This document shows positions 28,737 through 37,643 of a stretch of DNA of 55,657 nucleotides, piece by piece. A model generated the notes under the pieces. It was not told the origin of the DNA. It saw only the letters and a list, made by a program, of their open reading frames with translations, and made no database searches. Origin of the DNA: a virus (taxonomy: Duplodnaviria; Caudoviricetes); the IMG/VR virus record IMGVR_UViG_3300048796_000091, positions 1 through 55,657 of that record. The stretch is one strand, 5' to 3'. The position numbers and the translations under genes were made by a program. How positions within the stretch are numbered: the first letter of the stretch is position 1; each line of letters opens with the position of its first letter.

Positions 28737-30419
28737 TTAATAGGGTAATTCCCATAATGTAGTGCCACAATCCCAAATTCGATCATACTTAAGATTTTGC
28801 ATTAATTCCCATTCTGTTACATCTTTTGGATCACCTTCATAATCAACCATTTTCAGTACCTTACTTTTCTGAAATGCAAATCTATGTATTCTAAATTTAT
28901 AATTTTGCATATACCAATAATTAGGTTTTGACATATGAACAAAATTGAAACCCATCTTTTTATATACATCACCAGTACTCCAGCGTCTATCTGCATAGGA
29001 TATTAAATTCAACCCTGTGTTTATTTCTTTCATAAAATATTTAATTAATTTACTAGCACCACCCATTACAATAGTATTTAATTTATTGCACATTCTTGAT
29101 AATTCCCATTTAGTTCCATTTCCACCCTTTGAAACATTAGTTTTCTTGAACGTAGCAATGCTTACTAATTCACCTTCATAATATAACCCAAGACCAATAG
29201 ATGATGTACCAGCTCCTTGAATGTGATTTTCTTTTAAGAAAGAAATCTTATCTTTAGAAGGCACTATACCAATAGTACATTTTCTGGCAGCTATTTTTAT
29301 TTGAGTAAATCCAAGTATGGCAGCAATTCTTGATTTACATATATCTTTTTTATTATCCCATTCATCTTCAAAAATGGTGATTAATTTAATACCTTTATTA
29401 TGAGCATATCCAGTTTTATTAGATAAATGATGAATGTGATCATCTTTGTTTAATTCAGAATGCCAATATAATCCAGTAAATTCAAATCCTATATTTTTAC
29501 TTGGTATCAAAATATCTATTTCTTTACCAAATAAAACACTTCTATCACTCATAATAGATGGAATCAATGAATTTATATATTCATATAACTCTTTTTCTTT
29601 TTTACTTGCGCCAGATAATCTTGGGTTGCATGTAGGACATACTTTATCATGATATTTGTTTGGATTGTTAAATATTGTAATATTATAATTAACAATTGTT
29701 AAGCAATTTTTACATTGCATTGTTGCCTTTTTAGAATCAACATTTGAATTTAAAAATATTATATTTTGATATTTTGCTGCATTTTCTTTTTTATTAAATG
29801 TATCAATTTTTTGCTGTTTATTAAAATCTTTTCTAGCTTCAACAACTTTTAGACAATGTTCATCAGATAAAGTAGTACCTTTTAAAGGACTAGCCCAACC
29901 ATCATTCACTTTATCAGACCATGTTTGTTTGATTTTTTCAATACGTTGCTCTTTTACTTCTTCGGATTCATTAGCTACTCTTTCTTTTCCAGCTTTTGAA
30001 ATATTATTACAATGTTCTTCAGAAAATTTAACACCTTTTCTTCCATTTGGTCCAGTTTTTATTCCTTTCTTTCCATTTGATCCAGTTTTTATTCCTTTAT
30101 TCCAAGGAGTTTTATCAGGATTTGCAGCTTTAGTTGCTTTTATTTTTTGTATAGTTTCTTCAGATTGAGGAGGACGAATAGGAGGATAACACTTTTTACA
30201 TAGTTGTTTGTCATGTTTAGAGTATTTGAATATAACCTGATAACTTGAAGTAAAGTTATAAGAACATATATTACATTGTATATTATGTTTTAAATTATCA
30301 TCATTTATAGAATTTAAAAATTCTTCTTTATTTAAAAAGGTACAATTTTTACTTTCTATGAAAACATTTCTTTTTTCTATTGTTTTGTTTCTAGTACTAT
30401 TGCTGCTCATATATGTCAT
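28737..30419 (-). CDS. free-standing homing-endonuclease-like protein (Zn ribbons, NUMOD3-like motifs, PD-(D/E)XK/Vsr-like nuclease, GNAT-like tail)
   Basis: CxxC pairs; PWNKG and SEEHCNNISKA; EIDILIP..IGFEFTGLYWHS, LITIFEDEW; WELSR, GGASKL, ISYADRRWS, RIWDCG. Confidence 0.7.
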   Translation of the reverse strand: MTYMSSNSTRNKTIEKRNVFIESKNCTFLNKEEFLNSINDDNLKHNIQCNICSYNFTSSYQVIFKYSKHDKQLCKKCYPPIRPPQSEETIQKIKATKAANPDKTPWNKGIKTGSNGKKGIKTGPNGRKGVKFSEEHCNNISKAGKERVANESEEVKEQRIEKIKQTWSDKVNDGWASPLKGTTLSDEHCLKVVEARKDFNKQQKIDTFNKKENAAKYQNIIFLNSNVDSKKATMQCKNCLTIVNYNITIFNNPNKYHDKVCPTCNPRLSGASKKEKELYEYINSLIPSIMSDRSVLFGKEIDILIPSKNIGFEFTGLYWHSELNKDDHIHHLSNKTGYAHNKGIKLITIFEDEWDNKKDICKSRIAAILGFTQIKIAARKCTIGIVPSKDKISFLKENHIQGAGTSSIGLGLYYEGELVSIATFKKTNVSKGGNGTKWELSRMCNKLNTIVMGGASKLIKYFMKEINTGLNLISYADRRWSTGDVYKKMGFNFVHMSKPNYWYMQNYKFRIHRFAFQKSKVLKMVDYEGDPKDVTEWELMQNLKYDRIWDCGTTLWELPY

Positions 30420-30442
30420 TAAAATAGTTATTAACAATCAAT

Positions 30443-30476
30443 ATTATATCATAAAAATTCAATTTTATAAACTACT
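30443..30476 (-). promoter_or_regulatory. sigma70-like promoter AGTAGTTTATA-N17-TATAAT
   Basis: Extended TGATATAAT -10, 17-nt spacer. Confidence 0.6.
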
Positions 30477-30481
30477 ATAAT

Positions 30482-30506
30482 AAAAAAGGCTCTAATATAG
30501 AGCCTT
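30482..30506 (-). terminator. rho-independent terminator after sheath
   Basis: AAGGCTCTA/TAGAGCCTT hairpin followed by U run. Confidence 0.75.
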
Positions 30507-30528
30507 AATTTATTTTAAATACAATTTA

Positions 30529-32382
30529 TTAACTTGGTAAAGTTGCACCTGCTGCCAAAACTGTTATCGGAATAACCAGAAATTCTGCCGAGAAAGAAGG
30601 CACGCAGGCTACGTCCATAAAAAGTTCGTTGCTATTAACAACTTCAGGAGGATTGTTACTTTCATTACACAATGTAACAAAGTCTGTCAATCCTCTTTGT
30701 GCCATCACTTGATTCAAGAAACTATCTGCCATACTCTTAAGATTACTTTGAGTCACAGAATCATTAATTTCAAATACGAATGGCATAGCACCAATTCTTA
30801 ATGCCCGTTTTATATACATCATTGTACGAACCACATTTACACGATCCAATGCAGAATCCGCATTTGCAGATGTCTTCTGACCCCATACTAAAATGCCTTG
30901 TTGAGGGAAATTGACAATAGGATTAATATTGCTAAAGTCTTGATACAACGATCCTTGTTGACCAGTATTCAAATTCAATTGAGAGAATGCAGCAGCAGTT
31001 CCCGGAGCACCTGATACATATCCAACTGCACCAATTCCAGTTACCAACCCACGTGTCTGACCAGCAGGAGCAAACCATACATAACTAATACTATCTGAAT
31101 AAGCATAAGTTTGTAATGCAATACCACTTGGAGCACATACTACAGTAGTACCATCCAAATTAGTACCCTGACCCCATGGATAGTAATAAGCAATATTAGT
31201 ATTTGTTACTCTTGCAGAAGTTGCACCCCATGCTACAGTTTGTTCTACATTTAATGTACTTGGAGTATCTGCAATAGTGAATGCTTCATCTGCTACTTCT
31301 GTAGATAATGTAATTAAATCTTGAGCAACTTCCCAATATCCCGGACATACTAACAAGTTAAATTGGTATACTGGTGATAAAATATCTTGATTACTTAAAA
31401 TTTGAGCAGCTAAAGCAGTGGTAATAGTTACACGTTTTGCAGCATCATTTGCACCCAATGGATTAAACAAATTTACTTGAGATAATGTAATAGTGAATAA
31501 ATCACCACTTATAAATGGAACAGTTCCTGAATTAATTACAAAAGTAATATGATTACCAACATCAGTAAATGTAGCTCCTACTACCCCTGCACCTAATGGA
31601 CCAGATACAGAGCCGGATACAGTATAAGCAGTAGCAGAACTCATTGTCACAGTAACAGTTTCTACCACAGCACTAGCCAATGGTAACAATGCTGACATAG
31701 TCCCATTACCAGTTCCAGTATATGAAGTAGGTACATATCCAATACTAAATTGGAAATAATCATCACCAGCAAATGGAGTAGAACCGGCAGTTACAGTAAA
31801 ATTAATTACATTGGATGTAAATGGAGTACCAACTACCCCAGTACCAATAATACCATATGCAGTAGTTCCTTGTACATTGAAAGTGGTAGCAGATGTCATC
31901 ACAACATCAAATGTATCCAATTTTACAAATGCTGAAGAAGCAGTAATACTAGCAATAGTTCCATTACCTACACCAGTTCTAGTAGCAGAACCAACTAATT
32001 GTGGTACACCTGCACCAATAAATGAGGATGCTGCATCTGTCAAATCTATATTTGCACGGACTACATATGCTAAATTACCTACCGAAAGATACTGATTCAA
32101 TGCAAATAAACCATACTCATTTCTAGCATCACCATTAAATGGGTTACCAGAATTATCTGTCCAGAAGTAAGGAACACCATACATCTGTAAGGATTGACCA
32201 ATGGAGGTAATTGTACGAACAATACCAGATTCTTGAGTACCAGAAGCATAGGTAACACCATCTGGTTGATATTTATTTGCACGTGTTGCAACAAACAAAG
32301 CAGGAATAGTTGGTGAAGATGCAGGAATATAGAATGATTGATTGGTAATTGTTACACTTACGCCGGGTGCTATTAACGCCAT
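30529..32382 (-). CDS. contractile tail sheath protein (gp18-like)
   Basis: ALIAPGVSVT, AYVVRA, YYYPW, WFAPAG.TRG, INPI, VWGQKT, SALDRVNV, FVFEIND, CNESNN. Confidence 0.95.
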   Translation of the reverse strand: MALIAPGVSVTITNQSFYIPASSPTIPALFVATRANKYQPDGVTYASGTQESGIVRTITSIGQSLQMYGVPYFWTDNSGNPFNGDARNEYGLFALNQYLSVGNLAYVVRANIDLTDAASSFIGAGVPQLVGSATRTGVGNGTIASITASSAFVKLDTFDVVMTSATTFNVQGTTAYGIIGTGVVGTPFTSNVINFTVTAGSTPFAGDDYFQFSIGYVPTSYTGTGNGTMSALLPLASAVVETVTVTMSSATAYTVSGSVSGPLGAGVVGATFTDVGNHITFVINSGTVPFISGDLFTITLSQVNLFNPLGANDAAKRVTITTALAAQILSNQDILSPVYQFNLLVCPGYWEVAQDLITLSTEVADEAFTIADTPSTLNVEQTVAWGATSARVTNTNIAYYYPWGQGTNLDGTTVVCAPSGIALQTYAYSDSISYVWFAPAGQTRGLVTGIGAVGYVSGAPGTAAAFSQLNLNTGQQGSLYQDFSNINPIVNFPQQGILVWGQKTSANADSALDRVNVVRTMMYIKRALRIGAMPFVFEINDSVTQSNLKSMADSFLNQVMAQRGLTDFVTLCNESNNPPEVVNSNELFMDVACVPSFSAEFLVIPITVLAAGATLPS

Positions 32383-32421
32383 GTTATTGCCTCTTTTATA
32401 AATAATGTGTTAAAAGAATTA

Positions 32422-32530
32422 TTTTCTTATCATTATTTATTTGAAAGAGGCATTTTTTTGGGAAAAACAGGTGTTATTTACTTTAAATTATGCCTACATT
32501 ACCTGAAAATAACCCATCACTATTGATAGT
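32422..32530. repeat. imperfect direct repeat, copy 1 (duplicated gp15 3' end plus late promoter)
   Basis: Matches 36802-36908; minus strand reads TINSDGLFSGNVGII* versus gp15 TINSDGSFSGNVGIV*. Confidence 0.9.
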
Positions 32531-32608
32531 GGGCAATAATGAGTAAGTTCATTGTCAAACAGCATAATTTTGTCTGACATTTTCTGACTCATTACTACCT
32601 CCATATAG

Positions 32609-35509
32609 TTAGTGTCCAGTCAATCCACTACCGCTAGTGACAAATAGTGCAGATGTATTAACAGGTTCAAAGTCGCTTAGTGTTAATTGTTCCAAACATT
32701 TTAAATCAGTATCTACCCACCGCACATCAGGTACACCAGTTACTTGACCATCGTAACCACCGTCACCCAGCATCATGCCATAGTTAGCTAATCCTGTCAT
32801 TATGATGGTAGCCTGTGGGCTAGTAGCAAAGCAACCGTTGCCAAATGTGCTAGGACTACCTGTGATAGCTGTATAGACAGAGTTTTTTAATCTGTAAATC
32901 TCACCGTATGGGCCGCCTGCACCGTATGTGCCAGCAGAACAACTTGTTGGTGGGCTTGATTGTGAGATTTGAGATAAAACAGATATTGGAGTGCTTGAGT
33001 TGTAGCATGTTCCAGTGCCGCTTGTAGTGGTTCCTGATGCAGGCCATACGTAATAAGGTAAGTATGTCAACATGGTTGTGCGCATCGGATGGTGAATTGT
33101 ACCATTAGGACTAGTTGGTGTGCCTGTTCCGATAACCTCTTCCGGGAATGCTAACTGTGAAGCTACCGATGTAGATGATGCATTCGCTGAACCATTAGGA
33201 GCTAAGGTATTGCTGGTAGTGATGTTAGTCCATATACCCATACCTGCCATATCCCATGCATTTCCAACATAACTAGCAAAATAAATCTCGTAGAGCGTAG
33301 GAGTGCTATAAGGACCACCAGCTTGTTGATAAACTATAAGATGCCTATCACCATTGCTGTAACTTGTAAATTCAATAGGAGTATAAGTGGGGATTGGCCC
33401 TGAGTTTACACCTGTAGCTGGATAGCCACTTACTACATGGATTAAAGGAAGATAAGGAGTGTTCCAAGGAACAGATATTGCAGGTGCACCATCAGGTATA
33501 GTACCTGCATAAGTATAACCAAAATTCGGATTTATACGAGAACCTACTAAGGCACAATTAGCATTGCTAGCAGCTTGGTAAGTCCAATACGAATTAGACA
33601 CAGGAGGCGTCGGGAATACTCCTGTTGGAGGAGTCTGATTAGCAGGAACACTACTAGCCGCTAAGTAGTAAGCAGTCTCGTAATTATATGTGCCGTAAGT
33701 GACCATCTTTCCTGCTGTATATGTAGCTGTAGAATTCCAAGCAGTTATTGCTGACCAGTTTGCATTCGTTGTAGGACTCGCCTGACCTGAGGATATGGAA
33801 GTCAAAGCTACATAATCGACAGTGGGCTGACCCCAAGCTACGAATACGCCTTGTGGATATGACGTTGTTGAATTCCAAACACCATCATTAACATACATAC
33901 ATTGCAGTTGTGCAGCAGGGCTAGTGTCAACAGGACAATAGGAACCACATCCTGCTGCATCCACTCTATGGTGAAAGATAGAGTTAGATGGGAACACGTT
34001 GGCCATCCACGCGGTATTACTGGTAACGTTAAATGTTATATTTTGAGTAGCATAGTTATTTGGGGTAGCTGAATCCGTAACCTGAAGTGTTGGAATATAC
34101 AATCCCATACCTCCTACTACTGGAGAAGATATTAAACCAGTAGTAGGATTTAAGATCATACCTTCAGGTAGCGGAGGGATAGCAGGACTGCTAGCTGGAG
34201 TAGTAGTAGCCACACCAAATGTGTAAGGTGGTGTGCCTCCACTAGCCTGCAATGTGCATCCTACGTAAGGATTATTTTGTGTTGCCGATGGACAGGTTGT
34301 GGTTGTGAATGCTAACCCACCCGGATTAGTCCTGCCTGAACCTATAGTTGGTATAGTAGGTGGTGTAGGAAACAAATTTGTTAGGAAGCGATTAGAAAAT
34401 CCTAATATACCAGCCGTATTTAGATTGTTACATGTATTGCTTGCTGTTCCATCTGTCGTATTAGGAGCACAATCACGATCCCTGCTGAATGCCCAATAGT
34501 GTAGTCCCCCTAAATGGCGACTCAATGCATACTGAGAAATTATGTCAATATCATCTAAAGTGAAAACTTCCGCATAACTATCGTTCCCACCTATCATTGG
34601 AGTGAGTTCTATATTAGGATAAGGGACATTGTAAGTGGCGTGAAAATTCTCAACAGCTCTGATGGCAGATAATCCCATTGCACATTTAGTATTGGTTACT
34701 ATATTTTGGCAACTAGCTGGATTAGCTAAGCCATTATTACAAATCGAAGGTGCAGTAGAGCCTAATACACAAGTGTAAATAGTTTCGCTGCCACTGGCAG
34801 TCCAATCCATAACCATCAGGTTGATGGTGTAATTCATTATGGGATATGTAGCTAGAGCGTTCATCACATAGACTGCATATGTTCCATAGTTAGACAGTGA
34901 ACCTGTAGCACTTGAATATCCGACAGTAAAACTCATTCTCAAGTTAGGATAATATTGATTTATATATTGGGCGGACTGAACTAAATTATTTACATCCGTT
35001 TGAGTTAAAGGTGTCCCTGTTTGAGGAGTCTCTATGTCAAAATCTACACCTAGCATGTAAGTAGAGTTGTAGAATTTATTTACCATTGTCAATAGTGTTG
35101 CACCACTGGTACACCTAAAAGGTGCGGCTGCTCCACCTGTGGACACTATGTAATACTTACCAGCAGCAGGCCATGTGGACAATACCTCTGCACCAACAGA
35201 GGTTGATGAATATGAAGATGTTCCCCAAATCTCTGAACCACATGTACCTGTTGCAAAGGCTAAAGTCATTGCATTAAGATTTGTGTTAGCTTGACTAGAT
35301 GCCATTGCACTCAACACAGTTTGTGGATGGCTGACATCAGGATATGCATAACCATTCGTCAATTCAGTCATGAATTGATTAGATACAGGAGTATAGTCGT
35401 AGAAGAAGGTATAAGGGCTAAATATAAAACCCGGAAAAGGTGCCGGTGCGGCTGAGGCATTACCACTTAGTGTTATTATTAGTGTAAGTAGGAAGAGTAA
35501 CTTTTTCAT
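32609..35509 (-). CDS. secreted-type GH18 chitinase-like multidomain protein
   Basis: Signal peptide MKKLLFLL..ASA; STGGA and GVDFDIE catalytic motifs, NLMVMD, W..SRD; Ig-like ASGGTPPYTF..LPEGM.LN..TG.IS; two W..T..Y..G..V CBM5/12-like motifs. Confidence 0.8.
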   Translation of the reverse strand: MKKLLFLLTLIITLSGNASAAPAPFPGFIFSPYTFFYDYTPVSNQFMTELTNGYAYPDVSHPQTVLSAMASSQANTNLNAMTLAFATGTCGSEIWGTSSYSSTSVGAEVLSTWPAAGKYYIVSTGGAAAPFRCTSGATLLTMVNKFYNSTYMLGVDFDIETPQTGTPLTQTDVNNLVQSAQYINQYYPNLRMSFTVGYSSATGSLSNYGTYAVYVMNALATYPIMNYTINLMVMDWTASGSETIYTCVLGSTAPSICNNGLANPASCQNIVTNTKCAMGLSAIRAVENFHATYNVPYPNIELTPMIGGNDSYAEVFTLDDIDIISQYALSRHLGGLHYWAFSRDRDCAPNTTDGTASNTCNNLNTAGILGFSNRFLTNLFPTPPTIPTIGSGRTNPGGLAFTTTTCPSATQNNPYVGCTLQASGGTPPYTFGVATTTPASSPAIPPLPEGMILNPTTGLISSPVVGGMGLYIPTLQVTDSATPNNYATQNITFNVTSNTAWMANVFPSNSIFHHRVDAAGCGSYCPVDTSPAAQLQCMYVNDGVWNSTTSYPQGVFVAWGQPTVDYVALTSISSGQASPTTNANWSAITAWNSTATYTAGKMVTYGTYNYETAYYLAASSVPANQTPPTGVFPTPPVSNSYWTYQAASNANCALVGSRINPNFGYTYAGTIPDGAPAISVPWNTPYLPLIHVVSGYPATGVNSGPIPTYTPIEFTSYSNGDRHLIVYQQAGGPYSTPTLYEIYFASYVGNAWDMAGMGIWTNITTSNTLAPNGSANASSTSVASQLAFPEEVIGTGTPTSPNGTIHHPMRTTMLTYLPYYVWPASGTTTSGTGTCYNSSTPISVLSQISQSSPPTSCSAGTYGAGGPYGEIYRLKNSVYTAITGSPSTFGNGCFATSPQATIIMTGLANYGMMLGDGGYDGQVTGVPDVRWVDTDLKCLEQLTLSDFEPVNTSALFVTSGSGLTGH

Positions 35510-35519
35510 TTATTGATCC

Positions 35520-36770
35520 TTAAAAACTGGTTGGATAATTAGAGAGACTAACGGTTGTAAGAGTGTATGAGCTACCTGCTAATGTAGTCATGGCTGAATT
35601 GATTTGTGTTATATAATCTGCGACATTTCCTACTGCACCTGATGTGCTGCACAATCCTATTAAAACTGCCTGATAATTTGAACCGTTCAATGGGTCAAAT
35701 GGTATAAAAAATGGTCCTGATGCATCACTGCTAGTAATAGGATTCCACCAAGCTTGTTTAATTGGATCAGCAGGTTCTACAAATATAGCCTGATTGCCGG
35801 ACGCAGTGTTATATGTCCAATCAAATATACGAATACCATCTGTAGGATTACTGGAACCATCACTACTAAGCCCTTTAAAGAAGGCAGGGGGGTATGCAGC
35901 TATGGTACTATTTAAAATGTTTGATTTTGCCACAGCAGGTAGATAGTTTGCCCAGTTCGCCGGTAGCACAGCCATCGGAGGTATACCCGTATATGGAGTG
36001 CTAGATATTGCAGTATCTAAATACACTACTGCAATATCTATACCTGTGGAGAGGTTATATACAACTTGCACGGCTGATACACCTGCTGTGTAATACGTCT
36101 GCTCATCTTCAGCGAGCCACGTATAAACATTTGAACCTACAGAAGGAGCTTGGTGAGCTGCGCAAAGCAAATGACGATTAGATATAAGGACACCCGGATA
36201 CTTCCAATCTGTTCCACCTGCTGTTGATACAGGAATAGAAGATAAATCTAATCCAGCAGTTATACATCCTTCATTTCTACCAGCCGCAAGATTAATTCCA
36301 AATCCGTAGTTGTTACTATTCCACAGATTACGTGTTGCATAACCAGCAGTTAAGCCATTATACATATTGAACACAGCGTTAGTTATAGCCCAAGAGAGAC
36401 TTTGAGTTTTCCACGAAGCAAACGCATAGGTGGTTGAACCTGAACCTGTTTGTATCATTGTTTGCTGATATGTGGTATTACCAGTTGGTACTTTGATCTT
36501 TATCTTACAAGTGCCGTTGGATACGTAGGTTACGTTACCTAGTAAATTAACTGAGCAAGTGGAAGGAGTTAGGCTTGAGAATGAATGTCCGGGTGCAAAG
36601 GCGGAATCAGTAACTGCCACTATTGCATTATTCACAGTTAATCCTGATGCATTGGCTATCACATTCTGATCTATCGTGGTATCAGTGTATGGATTGGAAC
36701 TTGAACCTGTCGTAGCGGGATTGGGAATTACACTGTAGCTGTAATCTCTACCATTAGGATTGATTGTCAT
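35520..36770 (-). CDS. Ig-like domain plus trypsin-fold (probably inactive) protease domain
   Basis: GVLISNRHLLCAAH, DIAVV, SDASGP in place of GDSGGP. Confidence 0.55.
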   Translation of the reverse strand: MTINPNGRDYSYSVIPNPATTGSSSNPYTDTTIDQNVIANASGLTVNNAIVAVTDSAFAPGHSFSSLTPSTCSVNLLGNVTYVSNGTCKIKIKVPTGNTTYQQTMIQTGSGSTTYAFASWKTQSLSWAITNAVFNMYNGLTAGYATRNLWNSNNYGFGINLAAGRNEGCITAGLDLSSIPVSTAGGTDWKYPGVLISNRHLLCAAHQAPSVGSNVYTWLAEDEQTYYTAGVSAVQVVYNLSTGIDIAVVYLDTAISSTPYTGIPPMAVLPANWANYLPAVAKSNILNSTIAAYPPAFFKGLSSDGSSNPTDGIRIFDWTYNTASGNQAIFVEPADPIKQAWWNPITSSDASGPFFIPFDPLNGSNYQAVLIGLCSTSGAVGNVADYITQINSAMTTLAGSSYTLTTVSLSNYPTSF

Positions 36771-36801
36771 AGATATTCTTTATAGAAGGCATACACTTGA
36801 T

Positions 36802-36908
36802 TTTTCTTATCATTATTTACTTGAAAGAGGCATTTTTTGGGAAAATATATGTTATTCACTTTAAACTATCCCTACATTACCTGAAAATGACCCATCACTA
36901 TTGATAGT
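36802..36908. repeat. imperfect direct repeat, copy 2
   Basis: Matches 32422-32530. Confidence 0.9.
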
Positions 36909-37643
36909 AGTAGTTGCCCATTGACTTCCAGAATTAAATGCAACAGAATTTCCATCTTCATCTATTTCATTGATGACAAAATTGTTTAAATCTCCCATAC
37001 GAATAGTAATAGATTCAACAATATTTTTCTTGAAATCAGCCGGTGGAGCAATATATATAGGCATCTCAAATGATAAATTCCAAGAAATTATTCTTTTTTC
37101 TGCACCAGCAGGATAATTTTCTTCATTAGTAATACTCACTAATTGCATATTAGTAATTTTAGTCCAATCAAACTGTGCATCATTTGTCTGAATTTGTAAT
37201 GTAGGATTGAACAACATTAAAATTTGTTCTAAAATCTGATGTAATTGTAAAGTATTTGATACATAAATATCCAATCCAATTGTCATCATGTACGGAATAG
37301 GCATGATCCTTTCCAATACTTTTAAATCTGTCGGCATAACTCCACCCGGAGGTAAGAAAACTTGCTTATCAATAGTACCAATACCATGTGCTCTGTCAGC
37401 AGAATATTGTAAACTAGTCATAGTAATAGCCATAGTCGGAATTGAAAATGGTTTATTTTGAGTATTACCAGCCATTATTCCGGCCACTACCCTGTCCTTA
37501 GAACCATAAACAATAGGAACTGACATATATTCTGGAGTGCCACATGTGCCATTACCAGTTTGAATTTGTAAACCAGCAAATACATTAGCTGCTTGTAATA
37601 AATATCTGCGAATTTGACCATCATAAAAAAAGTTGGTGATCAT
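36861..37643 (-). CDS. tail sheath stabilizer/terminator (gp15-like)
   Basis: FFYDGQIRRY, VPIVYG, MPIPY, QILEQIL..FNP; follows gp14-like gene. Confidence 0.85.
   Translation of the reverse strand: MITNFFYDGQIRRYLLQAANVFAGLQIQTGNGTCGTPEYMSVPIVYGSKDRVVAGIMAGNTQNKPFSIPTMAITMTSLQYSADRAHGIGTIDKQVFLPPGGVMPTDLKVLERIMPIPYMMTIGLDIYVSNTLQLHQILEQILMLFNPTLQIQTNDAQFDWTKITNMQLVSITNEENYPAGAEKRIISWNLSFEMPIYIAPPADFKKNIVESITIRMGDLNNFVINEIDEDGNSVAFNSGSQWATTTINSDGSFSGNVGIV

Noticed and set aside
32422-36908. IS/transposon or integrative element
   Set aside because: No transposase/integrase or terminal inverted repeats; the duplication is far longer than a target-site duplication
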